This document shows, one piece after another, positions 20,384-31,192 of a DNA stretch of 64,000 bases. Under the pieces are notes generated by a model that had not been told where the DNA came from, did not search any database, and worked only from the letters and a program-made list of their open reading frames with translations. The translations under genes and the position numbers were made by a program. Each line of letters opens with the position of its first letter. The stretch's first letter is position 1. The stretch is from a virus, in IMG/VR virus record IMGVR_UViG_3300035698_007208, positions 33,927-97,926 of that record; one strand, written 5' to 3'.

Positions 20384-21736
20384 ATGGCCTCGAGCGGAAA
20401 TAAATCTAAGGTAGGTTTTATCGGTGTAGGTAAGCTAGGACAAGCTTGCGCCGAGATGGTAGCTGAGATTCATGATGTAGTCGGATACGATATTAATACA
20501 CGAACCCCTGAAAACTTCAAAATGGTTAACACTATGATTGAAGCTGTCCAAGGTAGAGATATTGTTTTTATTGCAGTGGAAACACCGCACGATCCGCTAT
20601 ATGATGGTAAGGCACCAACCAGTCATTTGCCCAACAAAGACTTTAATTATGACACGGTTAAGCAAGTACTACGTGAAGTAAATGAAGTAGCAACAAAAAA
20701 TCAACTAATCGTATTAATCAGTACTGTGCTTCCAGGTACCACTCGTAGAGAATTAGAACCATTGATTCCAAACGCACGTTTTATTTACAATCCATATTTA
20801 ATTGCAATGGGTACTGTTAAATGGGATATGGTCAATCCAGAGATGATCATGATCGGTACTGAAGATGGCAGCGAAACTGGAGATGCTAAACAGCTTGTAG
20901 ATTTTTATAAAACTATAATGGAAAATGAACCGCCGTATCATGTTGGTACATGGGACGAATGCGAGTGTCTTAAAGTATTTTATAACACGTTTATTAGTGC
21001 AAAAGTATCATTAGTTAATATGATACAAGATGTAGCAGAAAAGCAAGGCAATATTAATGCTGAGTGGGTTTGTGATGCCTTAGCAAAATCAGATCGTCGA
21101 ATTATGGGTCCTGCATACATGAAGCCCGGAATGGGTGATGGCGGTCATTGCCATCCTAGAGATAACATTGCGTTACGGTGGATGGCTGATAAATTAGATT
21201 TAGGATATGACTTGTTCGATGCAGTGATGCTTAGTCGAGAAGTGCAGGCCAAAAATATGGCATCAAAGCTAATGGACTTAGCACAAGAGAGTGACATAAG
21301 AGATATTGTTATTGTTGGAAAGGCATACAAGCCGCACGTGGCATATGATGGTGGGTCTAGCAGCATGTTGGTTGGATCTTTCATACAACAGGAACCAAAA
21401 GAAACTGATGCCAAAACGCACCAACCGGTTTTTAACTTACATTACTTGGATGAATTAACAGGTGATGTTGTTCCTGAGAATTTAGGGAGAGCAGTATATC
21501 TTTTAGCGCACTGTCCTGAAATTACTTATGGTGAGCAGTTAAATCATGTTGATCAATGGTATGCTAATCATTCTGTATCGTCAGTAGATGAAGCATTAAC
21601 TGTTGCTACTGCAAATGGTACAATGTTAGACATGGCAGATGGTAGCATTGTTGTTGATCCTTGGCGCAAAACACCAAAATTACCTAATGTGCGAGTTGTG
21701 CATTACGGCAATACACGAAAAGATTCTCCGAGGTAA
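20384..21736 (+). CDS. ugd: UDP-glucose/GDP-mannose 6-dehydrogenase family protein
   Basis: GxGxxG Rossmann (GVGKLG), AVETP, STVLPGTT, YNP, K...N, catalytic GDGGHCHPRD, GKAYK; preceded by ATAAGTA (20353-20359) and an SD. Confidence 0.9.
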   Translation: MASSGNKSKVGFIGVGKLGQACAEMVAEIHDVVGYDINTRTPENFKMVNTMIEAVQGRDIVFIAVETPHDPLYDGKAPTSHLPNKDFNYDTVKQVLREVNEVATKNQLIVLISTVLPGTTRRELEPLIPNARFIYNPYLIAMGTVKWDMVNPEMIMIGTEDGSETGDAKQLVDFYKTIMENEPPYHVGTWDECECLKVFYNTFISAKVSLVNMIQDVAEKQGNINAEWVCDALAKSDRRIMGPAYMKPGMGDGGHCHPRDNIALRWMADKLDLGYDLFDAVMLSREVQAKNMASKLMDLAQESDIRDIVIVGKAYKPHVAYDGGSSSMLVGSFIQQEPKETDAKTHQPVFNLHYLDELTGDVVPENLGRAVYLLAHCPEITYGEQLNHVDQWYANHSVSSVDEALTVATANGTMLDMADGSIVVDPWRKTPKLPNVRVVHYGNTRKDSPR

Positions 21737-21739
21737 AAT

Positions 21740-23200
21740 ATGAATGAATTAGAACGATACAAAGTAATCTCATCAACGCTAAATGATGTTAGTCCGACAT
21801 TTTGCTTGGCTAAATGGTTGCAGGTAACGTTACACTTACAAAATGGTCGGACACATAGCTGCCACCATCCGTCAACGCATCACATTCCATTGGAGGAAAT
21901 TGCGCTTGATCCGTCTGCGTTACACAATACAACATTTAAAAAGTCTATACAAGCAGAAATGATTGATGGCAAACGCCCGTCAGAATGCCAATACTGTTGG
22001 AATGTAGAGGACTTGCCTGGAGATCATTTATCTGATCGAACGATGAAATCAGCTGACACAGCCTGGGCCGGCCCACAGCGGATAGCAAGCGTGTTAGATG
22101 CGGTTAAAAATAATAAGCCTATTAACCCAACTTATGTTGAAGTGTCATTCTCAAACGTATGTAACTTTAAATGTTCTTATTGTTCTCCCGTACATTCGTC
22201 TAAGTGGGTTAGCGAAATCCAATCTCACGGTGCATATGACTTAGATGGGCACATGTATAACGGGTTGGAATGGTTCAAAGAATCTAAATCAATGCCAATT
22301 CATCATACTGAACATAATCCTTATGTAGAAGCATTTTGGAACTGGTGGCCAGATCTTTCTAAAGATTTAAAAGTTTTTCGTGTTACTGGCGGTGAGCCTT
22401 TGTTGGACAAAAATACATTTAAAGTAATGGACTTTATGTATGAAAACCCATGCCCTGATATGGAATTTAGTATCAATACGAATCTGTGCATTCCTAAAAA
22501 ATTAATTGATTCATATATAGAAAAAATGTTAAAATTAACAAGTGAAAAGAAAATACGCAGGCATGTATTATATACTAGTATTGATGGACACGGCAAACAA
22601 GCAGAGTACGGCCGCAACGGATTAGATTATGTAACCTGGATACATACACTTGATCGTGTTTTAACAGAATTGCCTGACGTAAAGGCAACAATTATGTGTA
22701 CAACTAATATATTTTCAATGACATCAATGGAAAGGTTACTTAAGGATGTTTATAATTTAAAATTAAAACACCGTTCAGCTGACCGCGATGTCCCGCTCAC
22801 AATAGATATGAGTATTCTTAGGTGGCCAGTTCATCAGTGCGCAGCAATACTTCCTGGCACTTATGCTGACATGTTGCTACCTGCATTAGCATTTATGGAG
22901 GAACATATGCTAGGCAATATTGAAGACGAACCGTGGCCGGGCTTTTTTGCACCGTATCAAATGTTTCATGTATACGAAGTAGAAAAAATGAGGCGCTTTA
23001 TTGAATATGTAAGACAGCCGCCCAATGAAAATGAAGGCGTATCTGTCGAGACCTCAATGAAACAATTTTATTTATTTGTTAATGAACACGATGCTAGACG
23101 AGGAACAAATTTCTTAGAAACCTTTCCGGAATTGTCTGATTTTTATTACGATTGCAAAAAACTACACCAAAACAACATATCTCTAACAGAAATAACATGA
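21740..23200 (+). CDS. Radical SAM protein with N-terminal twitch-like Cys cluster
   Basis: CNFKCSYC (Cx3Cx2C), TGGEP, N-terminal CLAKW..SCHH..CQYC. Confidence 0.9.
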   Translation: MNELERYKVISSTLNDVSPTFCLAKWLQVTLHLQNGRTHSCHHPSTHHIPLEEIALDPSALHNTTFKKSIQAEMIDGKRPSECQYCWNVEDLPGDHLSDRTMKSADTAWAGPQRIASVLDAVKNNKPINPTYVEVSFSNVCNFKCSYCSPVHSSKWVSEIQSHGAYDLDGHMYNGLEWFKESKSMPIHHTEHNPYVEAFWNWWPDLSKDLKVFRVTGGEPLLDKNTFKVMDFMYENPCPDMEFSINTNLCIPKKLIDSYIEKMLKLTSEKKIRRHVLYTSIDGHGKQAEYGRNGLDYVTWIHTLDRVLTELPDVKATIMCTTNIFSMTSMERLLKDVYNLKLKHRSADRDVPLTIDMSILRWPVHQCAAILPGTYADMLLPALAFMEEHMLGNIEDEPWPGFFAPYQMFHVYEVEKMRRFIEYVRQPPNENEGVSVETSMKQFYLFVNEHDARRGTNFLETFPELSDFYYDCKKLHQNNISLTEIT

Positions 23201-24885
23201 TTAACGATATACCAAAGGATATAAAGATTGCAGTGTGTATGGCCGGACAAATACGCACAGGTGAGTATGCTTACGATAATATAATTCGTTTTTTAGGAAA
23301 ACATGCAGATCAGTGTGATTTTTTTATACATACATGGGACAACGAGACATCTAAGAGAGTCAATGGTAATTTTTTGAATAAGGTGTTTCATAATGCAAAT
23401 CCAGACATAGATGTTTTGCGTAATGTTGATTATCAAGAAAAAATAAATAGATTTATTGAGTTATATTCACCGAAAGCTTTCTTAGTTGAAAACTCAGATG
23501 TGTTAGAAGACTATGTTCAACCGTCATTAAGTGTTGGCCCAATCTGGTATACTACTTCCAAAAGTTTTGAAATAATGGATAACTATGCAACAGAAAATAA
23601 CATACATTATGATGTTGTATTAAAGATTAGACCAGACGTAATCTTTCCTGACTGCAGAACTGTTGATGCTGATATTAAGAGCATACTGTCTAACTATGAA
23701 ACTGTGATTTTAAGTGACATTTATTCATCTACTCGTCTCGATGACGTATTTTGGGTCACAACCCACGCTACAGCAAAAAAGCTTAAAATAATGTACCAGC
23801 ACTTAGATAGTCCTCATGCCCCTATTAAGTATTTGTTGAATAATCAGTTAGTAAACAAATCAACAACATGGGGTAATTATCCGCACACAGTATATAGATA
23901 CGAGACCTTGCGACTGTCGCCATTGTCAAATTTTACTGAATGCTTTAATATCAGTAATCAATTATATAGTCCGGATGAATCAAAAAAGATGTTAACGCCA
24001 GCTTCAAAAACTTCAGAAGTTTTTCCAACCAATATTATAATAGTGGCAACTAATTTTGAACAATATAATATTGTTAGACCTAATTACACATTAAGTGATT
24101 ATAACGGTATTATGCAGATTGAGCATGTACTTAACGCTACTACAGTAAACCTACGATACAGGATTACAGTAGTGTTATCAAGTTATAATGAAAAACTACA
24201 CAGCATAGCGAACTATTTGCGTAAAACATATGCTGCAATTAATCTTAATGTTTTAGTAATAAATGACACACATAATGATTGGGTGGAAACTGCAAAATAC
24301 TGCCTTCCTCAAATCATAACAGGTGACCATGAAGCAATAATTATTAAACATGTGACTACATGCTCAATGATTCCAAATGAAGACAGTAATTTCCGATGTG
24401 TTGATGTTAATAATAACGAAATTGGCTTGCATCGATATACATCAGTAAATGCAATGTTAGACAACTCAACTACAGTTAAAAATTTACAGTGTGCCATAAC
24501 ACATGATTACCGCAGTTTGTCTGAGTGGATAACAAATAATGATAAGTCTACGATTTTTTGCGACATAGATGGTACTATTGTTGTAGCACAACCCAAGGAC
24601 CAATATCACGTTGACCCTATCCCTTTATCTGAAAATATTAGTGCATTGCAGGAAGCACTATTAAATGGTGCGCGTATAATATTCACTACTGCACGGCCAA
24701 AATCTGCAGATAACAGAACAAAAGAAATGTTGCATAAATTAGGATTTCTTAATTTTGAACTAATATCTGGACTAATGAATGCAAAGAGGATTTTAATTAA
24801 TGATTACACGGACAGTGTTCCGGCACCTAGAGCAATCGGAATAAACATTGAGAGAAACACTAATACATTAAAGGGAAAATTATGA
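23197..24885 (+). CDS. Multidomain protein: KIAVC..GQ.RT family (GT-like) domain, degenerate middle domain, C-terminal HAD phosphatase
   Basis: KIAVCMAGQIRT, DFFIHTWD, YDVVLKIRPD; C-terminal FCDIDGT, FTTAR, RILIND; ATGA-coupled start. Confidence 0.7.
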   Translation: MINDIPKDIKIAVCMAGQIRTGEYAYDNIIRFLGKHADQCDFFIHTWDNETSKRVNGNFLNKVFHNANPDIDVLRNVDYQEKINRFIELYSPKAFLVENSDVLEDYVQPSLSVGPIWYTTSKSFEIMDNYATENNIHYDVVLKIRPDVIFPDCRTVDADIKSILSNYETVILSDIYSSTRLDDVFWVTTHATAKKLKIMYQHLDSPHAPIKYLLNNQLVNKSTTWGNYPHTVYRYETLRLSPLSNFTECFNISNQLYSPDESKKMLTPASKTSEVFPTNIIIVATNFEQYNIVRPNYTLSDYNGIMQIEHVLNATTVNLRYRITVVLSSYNEKLHSIANYLRKTYAAINLNVLVINDTHNDWVETAKYCLPQIITGDHEAIIIKHVTTCSMIPNEDSNFRCVDVNNNEIGLHRYTSVNAMLDNSTTVKNLQCAITHDYRSLSEWITNNDKSTIFCDIDGTIVVAQPKDQYHVDPIPLSENISALQEALLNGARIIFTTARPKSADNRTKEMLHKLGFLNFELISGLMNAKRILINDYTDSVPAPRAIGINIERNTNTLKGKL

Positions 24886-25715
24886 AAATAGCACTATGTT
24901 TTAGTGGACAGTTGCGCACATGGGAAGCATGCCTCCCATCGTGGGTGTACTTTATTAAGGAATTAAAAAAAGAAACTAATGCAGAAATTGATATATTCTT
25001 TCATGCCTGGGACTTTAATACAGACCATATGATGGCAGATGGTACTGTTAGTCAGGTTTCGACGCGAATACGACCAACAGAACAAGATAATGTAATTAGC
25101 AGCCTTGCACCAAAAAACTATCTTTTTGAAAATGAAAAAGTAAGTAAATATAGCAAGCTAGAAATAAAAAGATTAAAAGACAAAAATGCTGGATATTTTG
25201 GTAATGAGTTGTTTAGCTGGTCAGCAAGCCAATTTTATTCAACGATGTATGCTGCCCATTTAAAAAAATTGCATGAACTAAAGTATGATTTTAGATATGA
25301 TATTTGCTTTCGTATGCGGTTTGATTCATATTTTACTATTGACGCTATAGCTACATTGTTTCAAAAAGAACCCTGGGTTGATTTTAAGATTCCCGTGTAT
25401 AACAATATATATAGCTGCCACAACGGCAGTGTGGATGACTTTCCATTCGGCCAGATTGGTGATATTTTCTTTTATGCAGACAGTGTTACGTATGATCGAA
25501 TATGTGAATTCTACCGGTGGTTGCCGATATTTGGGGATCAGTTATTTTCTAAAGACAGTCCGCTGGTAGAATCAGCACTTTTTGCATACATACAGATGTG
25601 TAGCATAAAAATTAACTCAATACATGGCGCTCCATTAATTAATCGACCTATATCGTGGGTAGAACAGTTAAAAATAGCAAATATTGCACTAAAACCATAT
25701 GAGACTATAGTATGA
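24882..25715 (+). CDS. KIALCFSGQ.RT family protein (putative glycosyltransferase-like)
   Basis: KIALCFSGQLRT, FFHAWD, YDICFRMRFD. Confidence 0.65.
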   Translation: MKIALCFSGQLRTWEACLPSWVYFIKELKKETNAEIDIFFHAWDFNTDHMMADGTVSQVSTRIRPTEQDNVISSLAPKNYLFENEKVSKYSKLEIKRLKDKNAGYFGNELFSWSASQFYSTMYAAHLKKLHELKYDFRYDICFRMRFDSYFTIDAIATLFQKEPWVDFKIPVYNNIYSCHNGSVDDFPFGQIGDIFFYADSVTYDRICEFYRWLPIFGDQLFSKDSPLVESALFAYIQMCSIKINSIHGAPLINRPISWVEQLKIANIALKPYETIV

Positions 25716-26683
25716 TAACCCAAGATAACCGCCAACTTATTGAGCATTTGTCAAAAAAGAAAAAAACGCCAGATAATATTAATACCAAGAAAGAAAAAAT
25801 ATTAGTTAATAAAAATGACCTGCTAGGGACAGAGAAAAAATTAAGGGTTGCGGTATGTTTTAGTGGACAACCAAGAACCTGGAAATCAACATCAACTAAC
25901 ATAAAACATACATTTGAGAAATCACTTAATATTGATGGTAATTGTAAAATCAACGTTGATTATTTTATACACACTTGGACTATGGATACTTGGCGAACAT
26001 TTGGAGAAGATGTGTGGACAGCAAAAAAGCAATTTCATAATCACAAAGAATTGACAAAATCACTAATTGCTGAGTACAACCCAAAAGGAATTATTATTGA
26101 CTCGCCGTTATTTTTAACACCAACATTAAATGATCGAGCTTGGGACCCAATGTTTTACAGTCACGAACAATCATTGATGTTAAAAAAACAATACGAGTTA
26201 CAGCACAAATTTTATTACGATATAGTTTTCAAGGTTCGATTTGATGTTATATACGATCCGACTCTGCCATTAGTAATCAGTAGACCAACTTCCCACTGTT
26301 GTTATACAGTGGGGATTAATAAATTTCCCAGGGAATTTAATTATAACAATTTTGATGATGTTATGTTTTACGGTGACAGCGCAACTATGGATTTAGTTGG
26401 TGACTTGTATTCGACATATAAGATACTGCATCGTGTTACAAATATAGTCGATAACTTCGATAATTACGACTATACACAATATTATGGGCCTGGTTGCTTG
26501 CTCTACAAGCACATGACAAACCTAGGTATATTACCTGTGGTTATGTCTGTCTTAACTGCATACGCAATTTGCCGCGATCCAACTATTGATTCTCCCTATT
26601 CATTAGGTGATTTTGATAAAATTCACAACGTCCACAAGGACTGGTATACCCAAGGATACGATTCTGACTACATGCAGCAATAA
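25712..26683 (+). CDS. KIALCFSGQ.RT family protein (putative glycosyltransferase-like)
   Basis: RVAVCFSGQPRT, YFIHTW, YDIVFKVRFD. Confidence 0.65.
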   Translation: MITQDNRQLIEHLSKKKKTPDNINTKKEKILVNKNDLLGTEKKLRVAVCFSGQPRTWKSTSTNIKHTFEKSLNIDGNCKINVDYFIHTWTMDTWRTFGEDVWTAKKQFHNHKELTKSLIAEYNPKGIIIDSPLFLTPTLNDRAWDPMFYSHEQSLMLKKQYELQHKFYYDIVFKVRFDVIYDPTLPLVISRPTSHCCYTVGINKFPREFNYNNFDDVMFYGDSATMDLVGDLYSTYKILHRVTNIVDNFDNYDYTQYYGPGCLLYKHMTNLGILPVVMSVLTAYAICRDPTIDSPYSLGDFDKIHNVHKDWYTQGYDSDYMQQ

Positions 26684-27557
26684 ATTACAAATAATATGCG
26701 ACGGGGACAGTTGGGTATTTGGTTCTGAAATAGCATCACCCGAGATAGTGTCCCAGCATCCACCAGACAAGTATGTTGGTGAATATGACTTTCTTGAAAG
26801 TAATGACAGTTATCGTATTCCTAGAATATTCCCTTCACATTTAGGAAAGCTCCTAGATGCGGAGGTAGTTAATTTATCTTGGCCAGCTGACGACAATAAT
26901 ACTATATTAACACGTATAATGTCTTATATTTGTGGTGAGTATATTCAAAATAATAAACCAACTGATAATTTAATTGTTATGGTAGGATGGACAAGTCCTG
27001 AACGAAATAGTTTTTGGTATAAAGATGATAATATCTCTTGTCCATTTCGGTTATGGCCTCATGTTGCAAACTTTGATACTGTTCAGCAAAAAGAATTTTG
27101 GAAACTGTACGTATTGTACATGTATCATAGAGAGGAATATTTAGTAAGACATGTAAAAAATGTGATTCAGTTTCAAAATTTCTGCAAGGCACATAATATT
27201 AATTGGTTATGCTGGAATAGTTTTTATCAAGATCCTACCCAACATGTTAATGAATGGAAAGATCTTGATATTGGTGCTGAATTAGAAACATTAAATGTAG
27301 GCGGATATTCTTTGACCAACAGTGAATTAAATAAACGGGCTAGTGTAGCATCCAATATAAAAGCAATATGGGATACGGTTGATCCAATTCGTTTTTATAA
27401 AAAAAATGAAATCAATAACACATTTAAAACATTTCTTACATTGCCAGAAAATAATATTAAAGATCCGTTTATTGGGTTACATCCTAGTCCTGAAGGCCAC
27501 GAAGCATGGGCTAAAGAATTAATCAAATACATGAAGGAGAATAAGTTAATTGACTAA
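26664..27557 (+). CDS. SGNH/GDSL hydrolase-like protein (start uncertain)
   Basis: GDSW block I, VNLSW, GWT.PER, HPS..GH..WA block V. Confidence 0.7.
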   Translation: MTTCSNKLQIICDGDSWVFGSEIASPEIVSQHPPDKYVGEYDFLESNDSYRIPRIFPSHLGKLLDAEVVNLSWPADDNNTILTRIMSYICGEYIQNNKPTDNLIVMVGWTSPERNSFWYKDDNISCPFRLWPHVANFDTVQQKEFWKLYVLYMYHREEYLVRHVKNVIQFQNFCKAHNINWLCWNSFYQDPTQHVNEWKDLDIGAELETLNVGGYSLTNSELNKRASVASNIKAIWDTVDPIRFYKKNEINNTFKTFLTLPENNIKDPFIGLHPSPEGHEAWAKELIKYMKENKLID

Positions 27558-28332
27558 ATCTATAGTAGTATGCGGCGATAGTTTTGCAGTAGGCATCGGA
27601 TGTCGAGATCTGAAAACAGAACCATTTGGTCAATTATTATCGGCTAAGTTAAACCAGCCAATTTTAAATCTAGCAAAAGGGTCTAGTACGAACATGAGTA
27701 TTTATTTGCAAGCAAAGCATGTCGTTGATAACTTGACTGATACAACAGACCTTGTTATAATTGGAAACACAAGCTATGACAGAATTGAATGGTTTAAGCA
27801 TGACCATGACGTCCTATTGAAAGAGGTTACAAACGAGACCGTAATGTATGATAAGTACGCACCGTACGATGGGAGTTATGTACAAACACTGCCATCTCCA
27901 ATGCCAAATAGCACACAGGCGTTGTTTACTGAAAATTTACTAGGTATAGTAGACTACTGGGAAACACAGAATACCCCAGATGGCTATTACAAAAGATTTA
28001 AAGATGAGCCAAAAGCACGAATGAAGGCATTGTACGATTATGCATTGTTAGTACATCATCATGATCTTAATCGGATTAACAGTATTGGCGTATTAACTAT
28101 GGCGCATGAATTATTAAAGCGCGCCAATGTTAATCACCTGATAATCTCACACGAGCCAAATGAATATGCTAAATATATGGATGATATTAACATTGTTAAT
28201 GTTGATTGGGGTAAGTTAAGTTTGGAATTTCCAGATGATCTACTTACGATGCACACGGGCGCAGGTGGGCATAAGTCAGCATTTAATAGTGTGTACCAAA
28301 AATTAATTGATAATAACTGGATAAAGGAATAG
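27550..28332 (+). CDS. SGNH/GDSL hydrolase-like protein
   Basis: CGDSFAVG, NLAKGSSTN, MHTG..GH; TTG start with SD AAGGAG. Confidence 0.7.
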   Translation: MTKSIVVCGDSFAVGIGCRDLKTEPFGQLLSAKLNQPILNLAKGSSTNMSIYLQAKHVVDNLTDTTDLVIIGNTSYDRIEWFKHDHDVLLKEVTNETVMYDKYAPYDGSYVQTLPSPMPNSTQALFTENLLGIVDYWETQNTPDGYYKRFKDEPKARMKALYDYALLVHHHDLNRINSIGVLTMAHELLKRANVNHLIISHEPNEYAKYMDDINIVNVDWGKLSLEFPDDLLTMHTGAGGHKSAFNSVYQKLIDNNWIKE

Positions 28333-28335
28333 CGT

Positions 28336-28782
28336 GTGGCACACATAGCAAAAAAAGTAGATAAGCCCTGGGGATACGAAATTTGGTTAGAAGATGGCAA
28401 AAATACTCCGTATGCATTTAAGGAAATATTCTTTAAGGCCAACAATCAAACTAGTCTCCAAGTACATCGCTATAAAATAGAAACTAGCGTTGTTAAAAGT
28501 GGAACAGGTATATTGCTCAAAAGCAAAGAACTATTTGATATTGACGCATTTTTAGAAACCGGAATGACGCCTGAGGATATAGCAGCTTATATTAGTACTA
28601 TGGAAATGATACCAATGGTTGAAGGGACGGCAATTACTATTCTACCAGGATTTGTTCATCGGGTTATTGCTACCACAGATTTAGTATTTTTTGAAACAAG
28701 CACAACTGAGTTAAATGATGTGATTAGACTTCAAGACGATACTAACAGAATGCACGGCAAAATTGATAAGGAACACTTATGA
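28336..28782 (+). CDS. Cupin protein (mannose-6-phosphate isomerase type II C-terminal-like)
   Basis: VDKPWGYE, TSLQVH..K.E, PG.VHR, DVIRLQDD. Confidence 0.8.
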   Translation: MAHIAKKVDKPWGYEIWLEDGKNTPYAFKEIFFKANNQTSLQVHRYKIETSVVKSGTGILLKSKELFDIDAFLETGMTPEDIAAYISTMEMIPMVEGTAITILPGFVHRVIATTDLVFFETSTTELNDVIRLQDDTNRMHGKIDKEHL

Positions 28783-29663
28783 GAATTGCACTATGCTTTA
28801 GTGGAATGATCAGAGAGGCATCACCAGCCGCCGCAAATATCAAACAATGGATTGGCAATGTGATGCCGTCAATAGATTTTTTTATGCATACGTGGGACGT
28901 TAGCCAGGATAAGCCGTGGCACCCGGGACACACAGGAATTCATAGTAGCTCGGGACCATCGCGGGCAATATTGCTTAACAGCAATTATAATCTACATCCG
29001 CCAGTAGACAGTAGTGATTTAATTAAAGGAATGCTACAACAATATAAACCATTTAAAAAAATCCGTGTTGATAACCTTGAAAGTGCATGTAAAAGACATA
29101 TTATTGCTGCCCAGCCATTATGGTACTCTTGGGCGCAAAGTAATAAACTAAAAGAAGAGTACGAAAAAGAACACAGATTTGTGTATGACATTGTATTAAA
29201 GGTACGCACTGACATGGTTAGTCCTTTGGGAATAACCCTTGCATCAGATATTGCATATTATGAAAAAGACCCGGCAAAATTTTATGTGTGGGGTTCATCC
29301 GGCGGTAAGCATATGTCTAATTCTAAGAATTCCAATATTGCTATTGGCTTTGCTGAGTTAGATAAGCTCCGCGAGTGCAGACTGCATGGTACAGATTTCA
29401 TGATAGAATTTGATAAATACCTTTATAATCGGCACATTAGAACAAAAGTACCGTTGGACGGTACCGAAACTGTGTATCGTTCAGTATGTTCGTCAAGCAG
29501 CCTAGACTTTATTGCGTGTTTGGTGGTTGAACACTTTTTTTACCATTCAGCAGCGACATTTGACCGCATGTGCAGGGACAACCTCGAGTTTAAAAACAAG
29601 TATTTTTTATTAAAAGACGACCTAGAACAAGCAGCAATGCGTAACACAGGAATGCATGCGTGA
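28779..29663 (+). CDS. KIALCFSG family protein (putative glycosyltransferase-like)
   Basis: RIALCFSGMIR, FFMHTWD, YDIVLKVRTD. Confidence 0.6.
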   Translation: MRIALCFSGMIREASPAAANIKQWIGNVMPSIDFFMHTWDVSQDKPWHPGHTGIHSSSGPSRAILLNSNYNLHPPVDSSDLIKGMLQQYKPFKKIRVDNLESACKRHIIAAQPLWYSWAQSNKLKEEYEKEHRFVYDIVLKVRTDMVSPLGITLASDIAYYEKDPAKFYVWGSSGGKHMSNSKNSNIAIGFAELDKLRECRLHGTDFMIEFDKYLYNRHIRTKVPLDGTETVYRSVCSSSSLDFIACLVVEHFFYHSAATFDRMCRDNLEFKNKYFLLKDDLEQAAMRNTGMHA

Positions 29664-31192
29664 AAAACACTGTCATAATACCAACAGTGGGCTCCGGAAG
29701 CCGAATGGGCAGTATTGGATTATGCCTGAACAAAGCGTTAATTCCTTATAAAAACAAACCTATTATATCTCATATTATTGCAGGTTTTCCTAAAGATACT
29801 AAGTTTATTATTCCTGTTGGTTATCTAGCTGAACAAGTAATTAGTTACTTTGATGTAGCTCACATTGACCTCGATGTAGAATTTGTTCGTGTTGACGATT
29901 GGACATCATTGGCAAGCGGTACTATGAAAACACTGTTAATGTGCGAGCCATATGTGCATGGTCCATTTTGGTATGTATCGTGTGATACGTATTTTGATGA
30001 AGACATAATAAAGCAGCGTGAAGAGCGAAATTGTTTTTACATAGAAAGTTGCACCTCTAGTACTCCTGAAGACTACACTATGTTTTCTTTAGATATTAAT
30101 AAACAAATTGCTGATGTCAAATTTAAACTTAACGTGAGTACCGATTATCGAGCGTTCACTGGATTAATGTATATACATGATTATAGTAAATTATTTGAAT
30201 CAATGCGTAATTCATCTGCAACTGAATTTATATCAATTATACCAATTGGATCAAAAACTACAGAATTGGCTAGCTGGGTCGATTTAGGAACTGAAGTAAA
30301 ATATAGCAATGCCCTGCCAACCGAGCTTTATGACTTTACAAAGCCGGAAGAAATTACTTACGTAGGTGACACCACAGTAATAAAATGGTGGAAGGATGAT
30401 GCTATTGCTGAATTAAAATATAAAAAAGCAGTTTCTAACCCTGCTGTATTTCCTAATAATGTTAGATATTCAGGCAGCTTTTTGGCATACGATTTTAGTA
30501 AAGGAACAACGCTCTATGAAGCAAACTCGCATGATTACTTTCCTGAATTGTTAAATTGGTTAAATGAAAACTTTTGGAGTAATAACAATCACGATATTAC
30601 TAATTCGTGTTTAGAGTTTTATAAAACTAAAAGCCTAAAAAGAATTGACTTATTTCTGTTGAAATATCCGGATATATTCCAACCTAAAACTATTAATGGT
30701 ATTGCTGTAAAAAGTTACGATGATTACTTAGCTAATATCGATTGGGACTACTTGGCTAACAACTTTGTTTCTACTGCTATACATGGCGACTTGCAGTTTG
30801 ATAATATAATTGTAGATGATAATGGCAATTTTACGCTTATTGATTGGCGACATAATTTTGCTGACTTAAATGAAACCGGGGACTTATATTACGACTTAGC
30901 TAAACTTTTGGGTGGATTAATAATACAATATTCGGAAATTAAGAAAAACAACTTCTCAGTTAGCATAGACGAAAAGCACGATGCTGTGTCGCTAAACATA
31001 CCGACGATTGAAAATATTGAAATATTTAATAGCCAACTAGCAGTGTTTGCAGATGCTAATAATTTAGACTTACGAAAAATAAAATTATTAGTTCCTATAA
31101 TTTTTTGGAACATGTCTCCATTGCATACTGCACCGTTTGATACATTTTTGTGGTACCTTGGAATCATGTTATTTGCTAGTTTAGAAGAATAA
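29660..31192 (+). CDS. Bifunctional sugar nucleotidyltransferase + aminoglycoside/choline kinase-like phosphotransferase
   Basis: GSGSRMG....NKALI NTP-transferase motif, WVDLGT; C-terminal HGDLQFDNI, IDWR, YYDLAK. Confidence 0.8.
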   Translation: MKNTVIIPTVGSGSRMGSIGLCLNKALIPYKNKPIISHIIAGFPKDTKFIIPVGYLAEQVISYFDVAHIDLDVEFVRVDDWTSLASGTMKTLLMCEPYVHGPFWYVSCDTYFDEDIIKQREERNCFYIESCTSSTPEDYTMFSLDINKQIADVKFKLNVSTDYRAFTGLMYIHDYSKLFESMRNSSATEFISIIPIGSKTTELASWVDLGTEVKYSNALPTELYDFTKPEEITYVGDTTVIKWWKDDAIAELKYKKAVSNPAVFPNNVRYSGSFLAYDFSKGTTLYEANSHDYFPELLNWLNENFWSNNNHDITNSCLEFYKTKSLKRIDLFLLKYPDIFQPKTINGIAVKSYDDYLANIDWDYLANNFVSTAIHGDLQFDNIIVDDNGNFTLIDWRHNFADLNETGDLYYDLAKLLGGLIIQYSEIKKNNFSVSIDEKHDAVSLNIPTIENIEIFNSQLAVFADANNLDLRKIKLLVPIIFWNMSPLHTAPFDTFLWYLGIMLFASLEE

